Of a stretch of DNA of 64,000 nt, positions 44,301-52,992 are shown in pieces (position 1 is the stretch's first letter; every line of letters starts with the position of its first letter). The DNA comes from a virus: IMG/VR virus record IMGVR_UViG_3300045988_088194; one strand, written 5' to 3'. Made by a program: the position numbers and the translations under genes. The notes under the pieces are model-generated. The model searched no databases, had not been told where the DNA came from, and was given only the letters and a program-made list of their open reading frames with translations.

Positions 44301-47300
44301 AAACAAGATATAAGTACATATCTAATCTTACAAGGTCATACTCAACTATAAAGAAAGAACTGTTTGGAAAGGAGAGAAGACTCTCCAAGGAACAGAAGTC
44401 TGAGATAATGCAGGTTATGGAGTCTGAGGCTAAGGCTAATCTTGAAGAGTATGTATGGAATGATATGTTTGCAACTATAAACATAATCCAACTTACTGCT
44501 ACAGACCTTGCCTATTACAAGAATGTAGAGGACTTCCAGAAGAGGTATGCTCAAGTCCATTCTCCTGCAATGAGATTGAATATAACTGCAAGGGATTCAA
44601 AGGGTAGACTCTATTCTGCTGATGGAATGGAAAGAACCATGTACATTACAGATTATGAGGTAGAGTCTGACATAATTCCTAATGTTGAAGAGATATTTGA
44701 CCAGAGGATTTCTTCAATCTCTGACCCTTCTGAAAAGGCTAACATGAAAATGATGAAGGACCTCATAGTTGATTCTTTCAGGAAGATTAATGTAGCAGAT
44801 GCTCAGGGGTATTCATCACCTACTTCATACAGAAAGAAGATGGGTATGATGGGTAAGTGGTCTGATGAAATGGAAGAGGCTTATAATAGAATCAAGAGAG
44901 GAGACTTCAATGTCAATGACCTTGGTGTTGTCTGGCAGCCCTTAAAACCTTTTGTCTATTCCCAGATTAGGAAACCAGGAGGTTCAGATGCTCTTTCTGA
45001 ACTTAAGGTTCCTGTTCAGAACAAGAACTCTGAATATCTTCTCCTCCTTGCAGATGCACTTATGAGAGGGGGAAAGAAGCAGAGCAAACTTGCTGCTATC
45101 TTTGATTTCATGGAGGAATCTGCCTATGATGGCAGAGAGACCCAATTCAATCCAAAGACCAACACTTATGAGGTTGTAAAGGAAGGTACATACAATGGAA
45201 AGGGTATTGATACTGTCCAGTTTGAATCATCTGTGAAGTCAGGAAAGTCTGGAGTTGTGAACATAAATAAGGTAGAATCATATGAGGAAATTAAGAATAT
45301 CCTTAATGAGGCTACATATATCAATTCTGACAGAACTGCTTCTTCTGATAATAATAATGACAGATATAATGTCAATTACATCCATACAATCCCTTTTGAA
45401 GATTATGGCATTCAGCAGGAAGTTCCTGCCCACTTGGTAGACCATGAGCAGCTCATGGGTTCTCAGATGAGAATACTTAGTATAAGTGACATTACCCCAG
45501 GTACTGAGTTCCAGATAGGAGATGAACATCTTAAGAGTGATGAACTTATCAGTGAGTATCAGAATCTTATAAAAGAAAACATTGAGCAGAGTTTTGAAAG
45601 ACTGTGTAAAGATTTCAAGGTCAGAGGAACAAGGCTTGAAAGGAATAAGGCACTTGAGAAAATACTTCAGGAAGCTATTGAAAAGGACCAGAGGTATGGT
45701 GCTGATATACAGAGAGCTTGTTCTCTTGATAAGAATGGAGAATTTATAATCCCACTTAGTGACCCTATACAGTCTATCAGAATACAGCAACTTCTCAATT
45801 CTATTATAAAGAGCAGGATAAACAAGCAGAAGGTAACTGGTGGTCCAGTAGTTCAGGCTTCAGTATTTGGTATGTCAGATGACCTTTCAATAAGATTCAA
45901 GGACAAAGATGGAAATCTCATTGAAACTTATAGTGAGTTTGTAGAGAAGAGGGGTTTCTCAAAGGATAAATCTTCAGCAGCTAAATATAAGAAGTTCATT
46001 AATGACAAACAGGCTTCTGTGGCATACTTTGAGTGCTATATGCCTATTCCTTCTTCTGAACTTGAAGAAGCTCTTACAAGATATGATAAGGATGGACATG
46101 CATACATAATATCAATGGAAGAAGCAGTTAAGGAAGGTATAATTCCTGAAGAAATGAGAAAGGCTATTGGATATAGAATTCCTACAGAGGATAAGTATTC
46201 TATGGCTCCTCTCTATATAAAAGGATTTCTTCCTAAAGCAGCTGGAGAGGCAGTGATGCTCCCTAAAGAGATTACTCTTCTTTCAGGTTCTGACTTTGAT
46301 ATTGACAAGCTGTATGTGATGCTTAAGACTTTCACTCTCAAGAGGAGAACTGATTGGGGTAAACTTGAAAAAGATATTCTCAAATCAAGCAAGGCTAAAG
46401 GAGAAGAGAGAAAGAAGAGAAAGGAAGCCTTGAGGATAGTCATTGAGCAGATTAAGGCTGGAATGGAGTTTAGTGAAGGCACCTTTGAAATGGCTGTGCA
46501 TGACTATTATTATGACCATAGAGACAGGTATGATAGAGCTTCTTTTGAACTGTCTGATGGTGGTACTGATAGAAGGAACAACAGGATATTTGACCTTCAG
46601 TGGGCTGTTCTCACTAACCCTGACACAATGAGCAAGATGTTTAATCCTGGTTCATTTGATGTACAGAAGAAGACTGCAAGAATTGTAAGGATACTTCAGG
46701 AGACAAAGGGTCATACCTATCAGGAGTTGAGCAAGCTTAATCTTGACCAGCTTGATGAAATACTTGACTCTTCAACTGACAGGAATATCATCTACTCAAC
46801 TTCTCAGGTGTACTTCCATAAGCAGAATATGACTGCTGGCAAGTTGATTGGTATATTTGCTAATAATAACACCAGTCACGCATTTATTTCTATGCAGGGA
46901 ATAGACTTAAAGTTAGGAGATGACCTTAAGTTTACATTTGATGGAGTCACAGTAGATGAGAATCAAAATAATAGATTGGACCCACTGAAAGGAAAAAATG
47001 GTAGTTTAATTAGTAAAACTATTGCAGGTTTTCTTGCAGCCTCTGTGGATGCTGTGAAGGACCCAGTACTTAACTTTATGAATCTTAATACATTTACTTC
47101 TGGACCAGCAATGGTTCTGGCAAGACTTGGTTTTGATTCTGACAGTATAGGTCTGCTTCTCTCTCAGCCTATTATAAGAAGGGTGACTGATGAATACTTC
47201 AGGAGGAACAATGAGGGTTACATCTCAGCTGAGGACCTAATTGATGAGTTTCTTGAACAGGACAAGAATGCAAAGGGTTATGAAAAGACTCTTACTCTAA

Positions 47301-48856
47301 CTAACTTCTCTAAAGAAGAACTTGCTCAGGGTATATCACTTAATAGTGATAAAGGAGACTTTCAGACAAGAGCACTTATTTTGTTCAAGAGGTTGTCAAA
47401 AATATCACAGGACTTTGGCACACTTACATTCCTTACTAAGTTCAACTCAGTAACCAATGCTGTTGGTCCAACCATTGCAGATACCCTTGTAATGAAGCAG
47501 AGATATAAGAAGTTCCTTGACAAGTTTGAGGATGGCAATGCAATCTTCTCAGATAATGCAAAGAATGTCATTCAGAACTCTCCTATTCTTGATGCCTTCT
47601 ATACAACCACAGTATCTGATACTGGGGCTTCTCAGTTGATATTCCAGGGATATTTCCCTCAGTACTCTGATAAATTCAATCAGGTTCTTGGAAAGTTCAG
47701 AGAAACCACAAAGGCAAATGTAGATAGCAAGACTATCAATTCCCTTGTCAGTGACTTTGTTCTTTACAAACTTACTGGAGGACCAAACCCAGTTCTTAAT
47801 TCAGATGGAAAGGTAAGAGAAGAGTTCATCCATGACTTTATAGTAGAGTTTAAGGAGAAGGCTGCTGGAATAGTAGATAATGAACTTATCAAGATTATAA
47901 CTGTTAAACCTTCTACTGGAAAATGTCCTGTTCCAACTTTGGAAGCAAAGACTGGTGGATATACTCAGGATGTTCAAGAGAGAGTAAGAGATGCTTGGAC
48001 AAATCTTATAACAAATGAAAGTACAAGAGACCTTGGAGTCAAACTATTCTTCTACAATATGTACAGAACAGGACTTTCATTCAGTCCTAAGACTTTCCTT
48101 CACCTTGCTTCAACTGATGTGAAACTTGCAATTCCAGGATATGTTGAAAGTATTAGGGATATCAATTATAATGACTCCTTTGATGTGAATGACTTCCTTC
48201 TTCAGTATAGAAGGAATCATACAGACAACTTCAGGGTTGTTCCTCATATAACACAGAGAAAGGGAATTGCATCTTCTATCACTGAAGATAGAGCTGGTAA
48301 CAGGAAGATAACCTTCACATTTGCTTCAGACAGTGCTTCTTCACAGTTCATTGTCAAGAAGGTAAAAAGGGGAAGTGGAAAAGTATCTACTAAAGAGACA
48401 ATAGCTGCTCCTGTTATCCTCTATAATGATAAGGTGTATTTCAATCCTGAAATCAACTCAGATGGTTCTATTACTTATACTGAAACAACAACTCTTGGTA
48501 ATACCAACAACTTCCTTGAATATGATATGAATGAATCTGGAAGTGAGATAAGAACTTCTATTCAGAGAACTTCTGAAGAAGATGTACATGAGAAGGAGGT
48601 TCAGGAGTCTCCAGCAAGAGAAGTTCCTGAGGATGATGGAGAGACTGAAGCAGTAGAGCTCTCAGAGACTGATATTGAGAATATACTCAGTGAGATATTT
48701 GATGAGGGTGAACTGGACAGTCTTATGACATCTCTTGTCAAAGGACAATCAAAGAAGGTAGACAAGTATAAGAGTATGATTGAAGAGCACACAGACTCTG
48801 AGACTGCTTCTAAGGTTATGAAGAAAATGATAGATATTGTAAAGGGAATTTGCTAA
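38333..48856 (+). CDS. giant virion-RNAP-like protein (crAss-type) with a fused N-terminal polyvalent-protein-like module
   Basis: - Uninterrupted 3507-aa ORF.
- GSDFDIDK (DFDID at nt 46292-46306) resembles the DxDxD metal loop of double-psi-beta-barrel RNAPs described for crAss-like virion RNAPs.
- PD-(D/E)XK-like MDMLIYD..IYDMKTS..QLTLYKAIL at nt ~41577-41710.
- The N-terminal 943 aa are AT-rich and carry WFGDWE, VVYHYT..FFTT..QIKSA and GNPF motifs. Confidence 0.75.
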   Translation: MACVNTKEKSFKELVSKYGASSGTVENAIKIYMDKNNLETYDTNSQDFIDHMDSYFQLKSSNFYSSKGKYNRAHALWEKINPTQNVADIKTATKEYNALVEIFGENNVTVFETSDGGFRVRAAEPIFGDGITSDKKLLKEMSDILSKAPRDKNGNLLAPNGKKSNLTERQYAQVRTKAFKEWFGDWETLAEGHNKKLNLPDKPSGLTDTWIKDNIVEFKGLSTGTKYNIGYSGGRYFIVININGINVPFYKSSGLGGKKNVEAGKWYPFFGISKKGWLNKTTEEEINNYYNSQVLELISNKLDSLFNNEDYGIEIVNGIPVKKGKQANNAIDLNFTDGEKVINKDLNPTENHKDNTVNIVNSNIEKVKRSISYTTLNNKVSKVVDENGEPLVVYHYTDNESLTKFSTEFDNYFSKEGGTKKAIFFTTDNVVPGSEDNFLTNRKAKLALFLNIKNLEEFHGTKEDLHKQGTSYREIVNKSSERAGLENGIVFTGFDDNKKENQTIYVVHNPNQIKSATSNTGAFSKINDRIDDFESNVKVTVEYTPIGKSRQTYTIRGNKIFNKEGKEVFKTDSVDRNKIFANLAVQQGRAVVVNHKNKEYVVNNRNQIISVTTGKMMQWDEKNGDRNAIIKAAQEKFSKNKPSESIQKSASFNWGRTSDNNYEVSSKGDKRFSALNATFKKGTVIDGVDVGGMTIEDVYQKVIKKSGKGKAPAVDSKLNISYRVSTEGITKQYGVVIDKNLKRNYSEWQNANPNGIVAYRVNYSKYNTPEEAQAGRIGNPFSEGIGQANKGEDTVQKFFIWLTTGNNFGNPKATEEYRQAILHKLISTPKGTNILYYTELNRPSHATVLGYLINHKEFITNYKDSAEDFSYTEGYLPLWQEWAKQNPELIEELRTKAAGKTLTDQFANTRVSQARALADILNSTNTKSETIEEAPIFEEENNNMQSAKELVDRMIADSREHIKFNKEDHSYIVDGKKADTSVTQFIHGKKDLGQWGTAASAIGTTADSVTRDFFKGELKDEYPNLSDKDLSFLKHDLKSLRNFFDKKFGKDKYTVVTEEFPIASKYTYTDKDGKLKGGVMAGTMDMLIYDNEGNFYIYDMKTSRSGLNENKVAGYAKQLTLYKAILEANYPELRGKIKELKLIQFRVGYPQPGADFIYSATDGQLYLNNVPIQETEDYYAPHLDFTGNSLDNQVLVPVEPVSMDIHFEGMTEDEVESMREETREPESTEFSQNEVDSQRDNLYGNPLLSATERTFLANNVMSLTSFIVTHLQTNPEANQFYFGDQFSRLNFTKMSREDIISTVGVTKIFEYIKERWYNPDNRTDIDDFDTLDKLQIAYDNWAALVKSAYAKLITLEGVTVVAARPDEISREDIETSFQEQIDAGELEEKEREYWQLGIRNISARSSLSGDIRRSFERLFAIDSNGNPIKDKFGFNFDTFVDSGVAVNSILEWTRTATTVEEMEEILDGMKDSYPWLNSILNKIKEEPFRSQFFQNFRKDFTQYSIVTVERDEKGNKVYQTQIINTKGASQSVLDEITTYYNSGLMQNIIITADGIEGKGRVNVKNVEALKAEKDKIVSDLKGAFTAVRKEVYNNTLKNSVPKITKLLNELGIRVDAKTVSNTIVGKERPKDINNSPVMKLLSEMSYMFDALLSKKDSTSYNPLLKGEEKNIYGNYKSIVGLMSKYIQDSIESSSYENGKMHYSFVTPSYMGKLILNLKDAIGNPSKFNSFMEENYGSYRWFREEDGTWNNAWLELISESKDARQGLEHKVQLSFDGTPYTDLSELGYTLSLMSEYFYDKGSRGKGPQWAWYRVPMLSNKPSSEFIRFKRYSGSEYKRRIKRGLKMVLNQEVLRFRAVLERSVNANIEPISNFDISSKVLKKNPQIEAKMRAGEPLTHDDLVKNGKLITAASGASFKFLEAFNQNIVEGDELGMMLIDKINGVSVNEDSFDKLVNQNLDSYMDIIVSKEISQWEKIGLFDTEEVRRGEDVETRYKYISNLTRSYSTIKKELFGKERRLSKEQKSEIMQVMESEAKANLEEYVWNDMFATINIIQLTATDLAYYKNVEDFQKRYAQVHSPAMRLNITARDSKGRLYSADGMERTMYITDYEVESDIIPNVEEIFDQRISSISDPSEKANMKMMKDLIVDSFRKINVADAQGYSSPTSYRKKMGMMGKWSDEMEEAYNRIKRGDFNVNDLGVVWQPLKPFVYSQIRKPGGSDALSELKVPVQNKNSEYLLLLADALMRGGKKQSKLAAIFDFMEESAYDGRETQFNPKTNTYEVVKEGTYNGKGIDTVQFESSVKSGKSGVVNINKVESYEEIKNILNEATYINSDRTASSDNNNDRYNVNYIHTIPFEDYGIQQEVPAHLVDHEQLMGSQMRILSISDITPGTEFQIGDEHLKSDELISEYQNLIKENIEQSFERLCKDFKVRGTRLERNKALEKILQEAIEKDQRYGADIQRACSLDKNGEFIIPLSDPIQSIRIQQLLNSIIKSRINKQKVTGGPVVQASVFGMSDDLSIRFKDKDGNLIETYSEFVEKRGFSKDKSSAAKYKKFINDKQASVAYFECYMPIPSSELEEALTRYDKDGHAYIISMEEAVKEGIIPEEMRKAIGYRIPTEDKYSMAPLYIKGFLPKAAGEAVMLPKEITLLSGSDFDIDKLYVMLKTFTLKRRTDWGKLEKDILKSSKAKGEERKKRKEALRIVIEQIKAGMEFSEGTFEMAVHDYYYDHRDRYDRASFELSDGGTDRRNNRIFDLQWAVLTNPDTMSKMFNPGSFDVQKKTARIVRILQETKGHTYQELSKLNLDQLDEILDSSTDRNIIYSTSQVYFHKQNMTAGKLIGIFANNNTSHAFISMQGIDLKLGDDLKFTFDGVTVDENQNNRLDPLKGKNGSLISKTIAGFLAASVDAVKDPVLNFMNLNTFTSGPAMVLARLGFDSDSIGLLLSQPIIRRVTDEYFRRNNEGYISAEDLIDEFLEQDKNAKGYEKTLTLTNFSKEELAQGISLNSDKGDFQTRALILFKRLSKISQDFGTLTFLTKFNSVTNAVGPTIADTLVMKQRYKKFLDKFEDGNAIFSDNAKNVIQNSPILDAFYTTTVSDTGASQLIFQGYFPQYSDKFNQVLGKFRETTKANVDSKTINSLVSDFVLYKLTGGPNPVLNSDGKVREEFIHDFIVEFKEKAAGIVDNELIKIITVKPSTGKCPVPTLEAKTGGYTQDVQERVRDAWTNLITNESTRDLGVKLFFYNMYRTGLSFSPKTFLHLASTDVKLAIPGYVESIRDINYNDSFDVNDFLLQYRRNHTDNFRVVPHITQRKGIASSITEDRAGNRKITFTFASDSASSQFIVKKVKRGSGKVSTKETIAAPVILYNDKVYFNPEINSDGSITYTETTTLGNTNNFLEYDMNESGSEIRTSIQRTSEEDVHEKEVQESPAREVPEDDGETEAVELSETDIENILSEIFDEGELDSLMTSLVKGQSKKVDKYKSMIEEHTDSETASKVMKKMIDIVKGIC

Positions 48857-48857
48857 T

Positions 48858-51800
48858 ATGGTTAAATCTTGTGTTTATGTTCCTACAGTGAAAGTAGGAA
48901 ACCAGGAAGTGGATAGCCAGCTCTTTAGGGAGCTGGTTACCTACACTGGTAATAGAGAATCAGCAAAGTACATTTGGGGACTTACTCAGGTTCCTGAGTT
49001 CATGAGTTCTCTTAAGGGTATTGAGAAGGATAAGAATGGAGAACCTACTCTTTCTTCTCTCACTAAGGCTATTGATATAGACAGTCTATTAGATGAAGGT
49101 ATATCAATAGAAGGTGCTAAGAAAGAACTTGGTGCTATAAATAGTAAAGGGGAACCTGTTATACATTCTTCTACTGATGAGATTATCAACTCAGTAGTTA
49201 AATTCAATAAGAACCATCCAAAGATGGTTGCTGATATTGGAAGTAAAGATGGAGGATATGTAATAAATGTTGAGCCTAAGACTCCTCAGAATGCAACCTC
49301 TCCTGAAAAGCTTGTATTCAACAGTTCTCTTAACAATCAGTTGAGGGGTATCCTTAGAAGGCTTGGGTTTGATGTTGAGGTACTCAGTACTCCAAGATTC
49401 AATGCTATGTTCAGTCCTGAGAATGCAAGAACAAATGCAGAAGGATTAAAGACAGTCATACAGATAGCCAAAGGTCAGAGAGGGGAAGATGCCTTTCCCG
49501 AAGAGTTCAGCCATCTTATGATAGAAGGACTTATCAACCAGCCTTTAGTTCAGAGGCTTGTAAATTCTGTAGGTTCTTATGAAGTCCTAAAGGAAATTCT
49601 TGGTGAAAACTTTGATACCTATGTAAGGCTTTATAAAGGAGATATGGAATCTCTCCAGAAGGAAGCTGCTGGACAACTGCTTCAGAAGTATATCACTGGT
49701 GAGAGTCTTCCTGTAAGTAGGCCTTCTCTGCTTGAAAGACTTTGGAATTGGATTAAGTCCAAGTTTGGCAGTATGTCTGAAGATGATGTTGATAATATCA
49801 TACTACAGGCCAATAGAGACGCTTCTCAGGTAGCAAGTTCTATCCTTGATGAGTCTATACTTCCATTAGTAGATAAAGACCTTATAGTTAATGCAAAGAC
49901 CTTGTACAATGTAGAGAGGTCTGTATCTGGAATGGAGGAACTGGCTCAGAAGGCTCTTGAGGTTGCAAGTAAGAGACTTGAGATTTTAAGATTAAGAAGT
50001 AGAAGTGGTAGATATAGTGAAGATGACCTTAAGTCAATAAAGAATCTTCAGGACCTTATTGAAAAGAAGAAATACTCCAAGAGCTGTCTTGCTTTTCTTT
50101 CAGATAGCCTTCAACAGTTAGAACAACTGAATACCAACTTAAGTAAACTTGATGCTAACAACCTTAGTGAAGAGTCAGACTTGAACAGAATCAGAAAGAT
50201 TAGTTCTACTCTAAGGAAAATTAAGGAGTTCTCAGATGCATATGAGCCTATCATCAAACAGATGATGAGTATAGATGCTATGAAGGAGAGAGGAGAGGTT
50301 GAACTGTCTGCTGAAGATGCTGCTACTATTGCAGACAAGGCTTCCTCTGTATTCAGAATAATCACCAAGATTAACTCTGGGTATAAGAGCATGAGGTTCA
50401 ATACTCTTTACAGCTTCCTTAAGATGTACTGGGGGGAGGATAAGATTATTGATTCTGGAAAAGATAAGGGCAAGAGAATTACTCTTGAAATGATAATGAA
50501 GATGGCTGATAAGGATATTAACTTCCTTGACAGATATATCAGTTCAATGAGTGATGCATCAGACCCAATGCTGTCTCTTGTAGATAAGGTAGTCAAATCT
50601 ACACAGTCTAAGAGGGATTCAGTGCTTGAGGAGGTTCTTGCAGGAGTGAGAAGTGCCCATACTAAACTTTCACAGGCTGGATATACTACAGACTTTATGT
50701 ATGAGAGAGACAAGAATGGAAAGCTTACTGGAAGAATAATAAGTGATATTGACTTTGTTAAGTTTAAGGAGGAGTATGATGCTGAGAAGAAGAGACTTAT
50801 GGATGAAAAACTTCCTTACTATACAGTCAAGTCAAAACTTGATGCATGGGAAAGAAGACATACTGAAACTGTTCTTATAGATGCAGACTCAGGTAGAAAG
50901 GAAGAACTTCCTAAGAAGAGTCTTTATGGTGTTGACAGAATAAGTAAACTTGCACCTGCACAGAGAGAGTATTACAACACTATGATTAACCTTAAGGCTA
51001 CTCTTGACTCTCTAATACCAGCAAGGTTTGCAAATACTTTCAATGCAGTCCAGATAAGGAATGATGTTACTGAAGCCATCATGGATAATGTGACCAATCC
51101 TAAGAAGTCTGGGAAGATGGTTATAGAGAACCTCAAGGACAGTTTCCTCAGAAGAAGTGATGACACTGACTGGGGAGATACAACAGTTCTTGGTGATGGA
51201 GAATCCCCTATTCTTACTAAGGCAAAGAAGATAGGTCTGGATTTCTCAGGTAATCCTATACAGAAACTGCCAGTGTACTATACAACTCCTCTTGAAGATA
51301 TGGAGAGGCTGAGTACAGATTTCACCTCATCTATTATGGCATACGCATCTATGGCAATAAACTATAATGAGATGAGTAAAGTGATTGATGTACTTGAACT
51401 TACAAGAGACCTTATCAAAGAGAGGGAAGTTCAGCAGATGTCTGGAGACTCAAAACTGATAGATGCTTTCAAGGTTGTCCATAAGAAGTTCAGTAAGAAC
51501 TATACCAAGTCTGGAGAAAGAACTAACATTGGAGAGAGAATAGATGATTATTATGCTTCTGTTCTGTATGGTCAGCATAAGAAAGATGAAGGAGCTTGGA
51601 ATGTTTTTGGTAAGGAGATAGATAAAGCCAAGACTATGGATGCTTTGAAGAGTTATACAGGAGCACTTGGACTTGGTCTTAACCTGTTCTCTGCTATAAG
51701 CAATGTCACTATGGGTAAGATGCAGTTGTTCATAGAGGCTATGTCTGGAGAATACTTCAATATGAAAGACTCAGCCATAGGTAAGAAGAACTACTATGCA

Positions 51801-52937
51801 CTTCTTCCACAGTATATGGCAGAACTTAACTCTACAAAGAAAACAAGTAAGCTTGGTCTCCTTATAGACAAGTTTGATGCTCTTGAAGAGTTCTATGGAA
51901 ACCTTAAATCACAAGGGTATTACAAAGGACCTTTGTCAAGAATTATAGGTTCTGCAAATATATTCTTCCTTAACAACATGGGAGAGCACTATCTTCACAG
52001 TAGGAATATGCTGGCTATGCTCAATAATGTCAAAGTAAAGGACAGAAGTGGAAAAGAGATGAGCCTGTTTGATGCTTTTGAAGTAAAGACAGACCCTGAA
52101 GGGGCATCAAAGATAGTCCTTAAGGAGGGAACAAAAGACCTTGATGGTAATCTTCTTTCTACAGAAGGGCTTGACAGGAACTCTGAATTGTATGAAGAAG
52201 TGGAGAAGAGATATGATGACTTCATTACAAACCAGAAACTAAGGATTGGAAAGGTCAATCAATCTCTTAATGGTGCATTCAATGAGACTGACAAAGGAGC
52301 TATCCATAGATATTCTCTTGGAAGACTTGCTATGCAGTTTAGACAGTGGATGCCTGCCCATTACTCAAGAAGGTTCTCAAGTGCAAGTTATGATGCCAAA
52401 CTTGACCATTGGAGAGAAGGTTATTACAGAACTATAGCAAGATTTGCTATAAACCTTATGAAAGATATAGGCAGAGCAAAGTTTGACCTTGCAACCAACT
52501 GGAACAGTCTTAGCACCCATGAGAAGGCAAACATAAGAAGGGCTTTAACAGAACTTGGAATGTTTGCTACACTTTCAGCACTTATTGCCATGATAGGACC
52601 TGAGAAGGATAAGAAAGGCAGATGGGGCGAGAGAATGATTGTATATCAGCTTAAGAGAATGCAACTTGAGACTGGTGCCTCTATACCTTGGTTCTCAGCC
52701 ATTGAGAATGCATGGACCATATTACAAAGTCCAGCAGCAGCCATAAACAGTTTCAATGGACTGCTTGATTTGGTTAAGTTCTGGAACATGTTTAATGAAC
52801 TTGAATCTGGAAGATACAAGGGGTGGAGTGAGTGGGAGAGAGATGCTTCACAGGCAATTCCTCTTTATGGTCAGCTTAGGAAGATAGCAGACCTCTCTGA
52901 GGAAGATTATATGTACACTATATTTGCTGATAGATAA
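48858..52937 (+). CDS. large virion-associated protein (RNAP partner or ejection protein?), function unknown
   Basis: 1359-aa ORF starting 1 nt after the giant ORF stop. It has C-terminal hydrophobic segments (LGLGLNLFSAISNV, MFATLSALIAMIG). The call is positional only. Confidence 0.5.
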   Translation: MVKSCVYVPTVKVGNQEVDSQLFRELVTYTGNRESAKYIWGLTQVPEFMSSLKGIEKDKNGEPTLSSLTKAIDIDSLLDEGISIEGAKKELGAINSKGEPVIHSSTDEIINSVVKFNKNHPKMVADIGSKDGGYVINVEPKTPQNATSPEKLVFNSSLNNQLRGILRRLGFDVEVLSTPRFNAMFSPENARTNAEGLKTVIQIAKGQRGEDAFPEEFSHLMIEGLINQPLVQRLVNSVGSYEVLKEILGENFDTYVRLYKGDMESLQKEAAGQLLQKYITGESLPVSRPSLLERLWNWIKSKFGSMSEDDVDNIILQANRDASQVASSILDESILPLVDKDLIVNAKTLYNVERSVSGMEELAQKALEVASKRLEILRLRSRSGRYSEDDLKSIKNLQDLIEKKKYSKSCLAFLSDSLQQLEQLNTNLSKLDANNLSEESDLNRIRKISSTLRKIKEFSDAYEPIIKQMMSIDAMKERGEVELSAEDAATIADKASSVFRIITKINSGYKSMRFNTLYSFLKMYWGEDKIIDSGKDKGKRITLEMIMKMADKDINFLDRYISSMSDASDPMLSLVDKVVKSTQSKRDSVLEEVLAGVRSAHTKLSQAGYTTDFMYERDKNGKLTGRIISDIDFVKFKEEYDAEKKRLMDEKLPYYTVKSKLDAWERRHTETVLIDADSGRKEELPKKSLYGVDRISKLAPAQREYYNTMINLKATLDSLIPARFANTFNAVQIRNDVTEAIMDNVTNPKKSGKMVIENLKDSFLRRSDDTDWGDTTVLGDGESPILTKAKKIGLDFSGNPIQKLPVYYTTPLEDMERLSTDFTSSIMAYASMAINYNEMSKVIDVLELTRDLIKEREVQQMSGDSKLIDAFKVVHKKFSKNYTKSGERTNIGERIDDYYASVLYGQHKKDEGAWNVFGKEIDKAKTMDALKSYTGALGLGLNLFSAISNVTMGKMQLFIEAMSGEYFNMKDSAIGKKNYYALLPQYMAELNSTKKTSKLGLLIDKFDALEEFYGNLKSQGYYKGPLSRIIGSANIFFLNNMGEHYLHSRNMLAMLNNVKVKDRSGKEMSLFDAFEVKTDPEGASKIVLKEGTKDLDGNLLSTEGLDRNSELYEEVEKRYDDFITNQKLRIGKVNQSLNGAFNETDKGAIHRYSLGRLAMQFRQWMPAHYSRRFSSASYDAKLDHWREGYYRTIARFAINLMKDIGRAKFDLATNWNSLSTHEKANIRRALTELGMFATLSALIAMIGPEKDKKGRWGERMIVYQLKRMQLETGASIPWFSAIENAWTILQSPAAAINSFNGLLDLVKFWNMFNELESGRYKGWSEWERDASQAIPLYGQLRKIADLSEEDYMYTIFADR

Positions 52938-52980
52938 AAAAAAGAGGAAGTAGTTATTCTACTTCCTCTTTTTTTTTCTT
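52936..52980. terminator. bidirectional terminator at the convergence point
   Basis: A-run, AGAGGAAGTAG-TTATT-CTACTTCCTCT, T-run. Confidence 0.8.
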
Positions 52981-52992
52981 TTTGTAGTATCT

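Noticed and set aside
38396-52437. Numerous 60-170-aa alternative-frame and antisense ORFs inside the two giant genes, for example 45278..45790 (-).
   Set aside because: All are nested within long uninterrupted ORFs, have low-complexity translations and have no independent signals.
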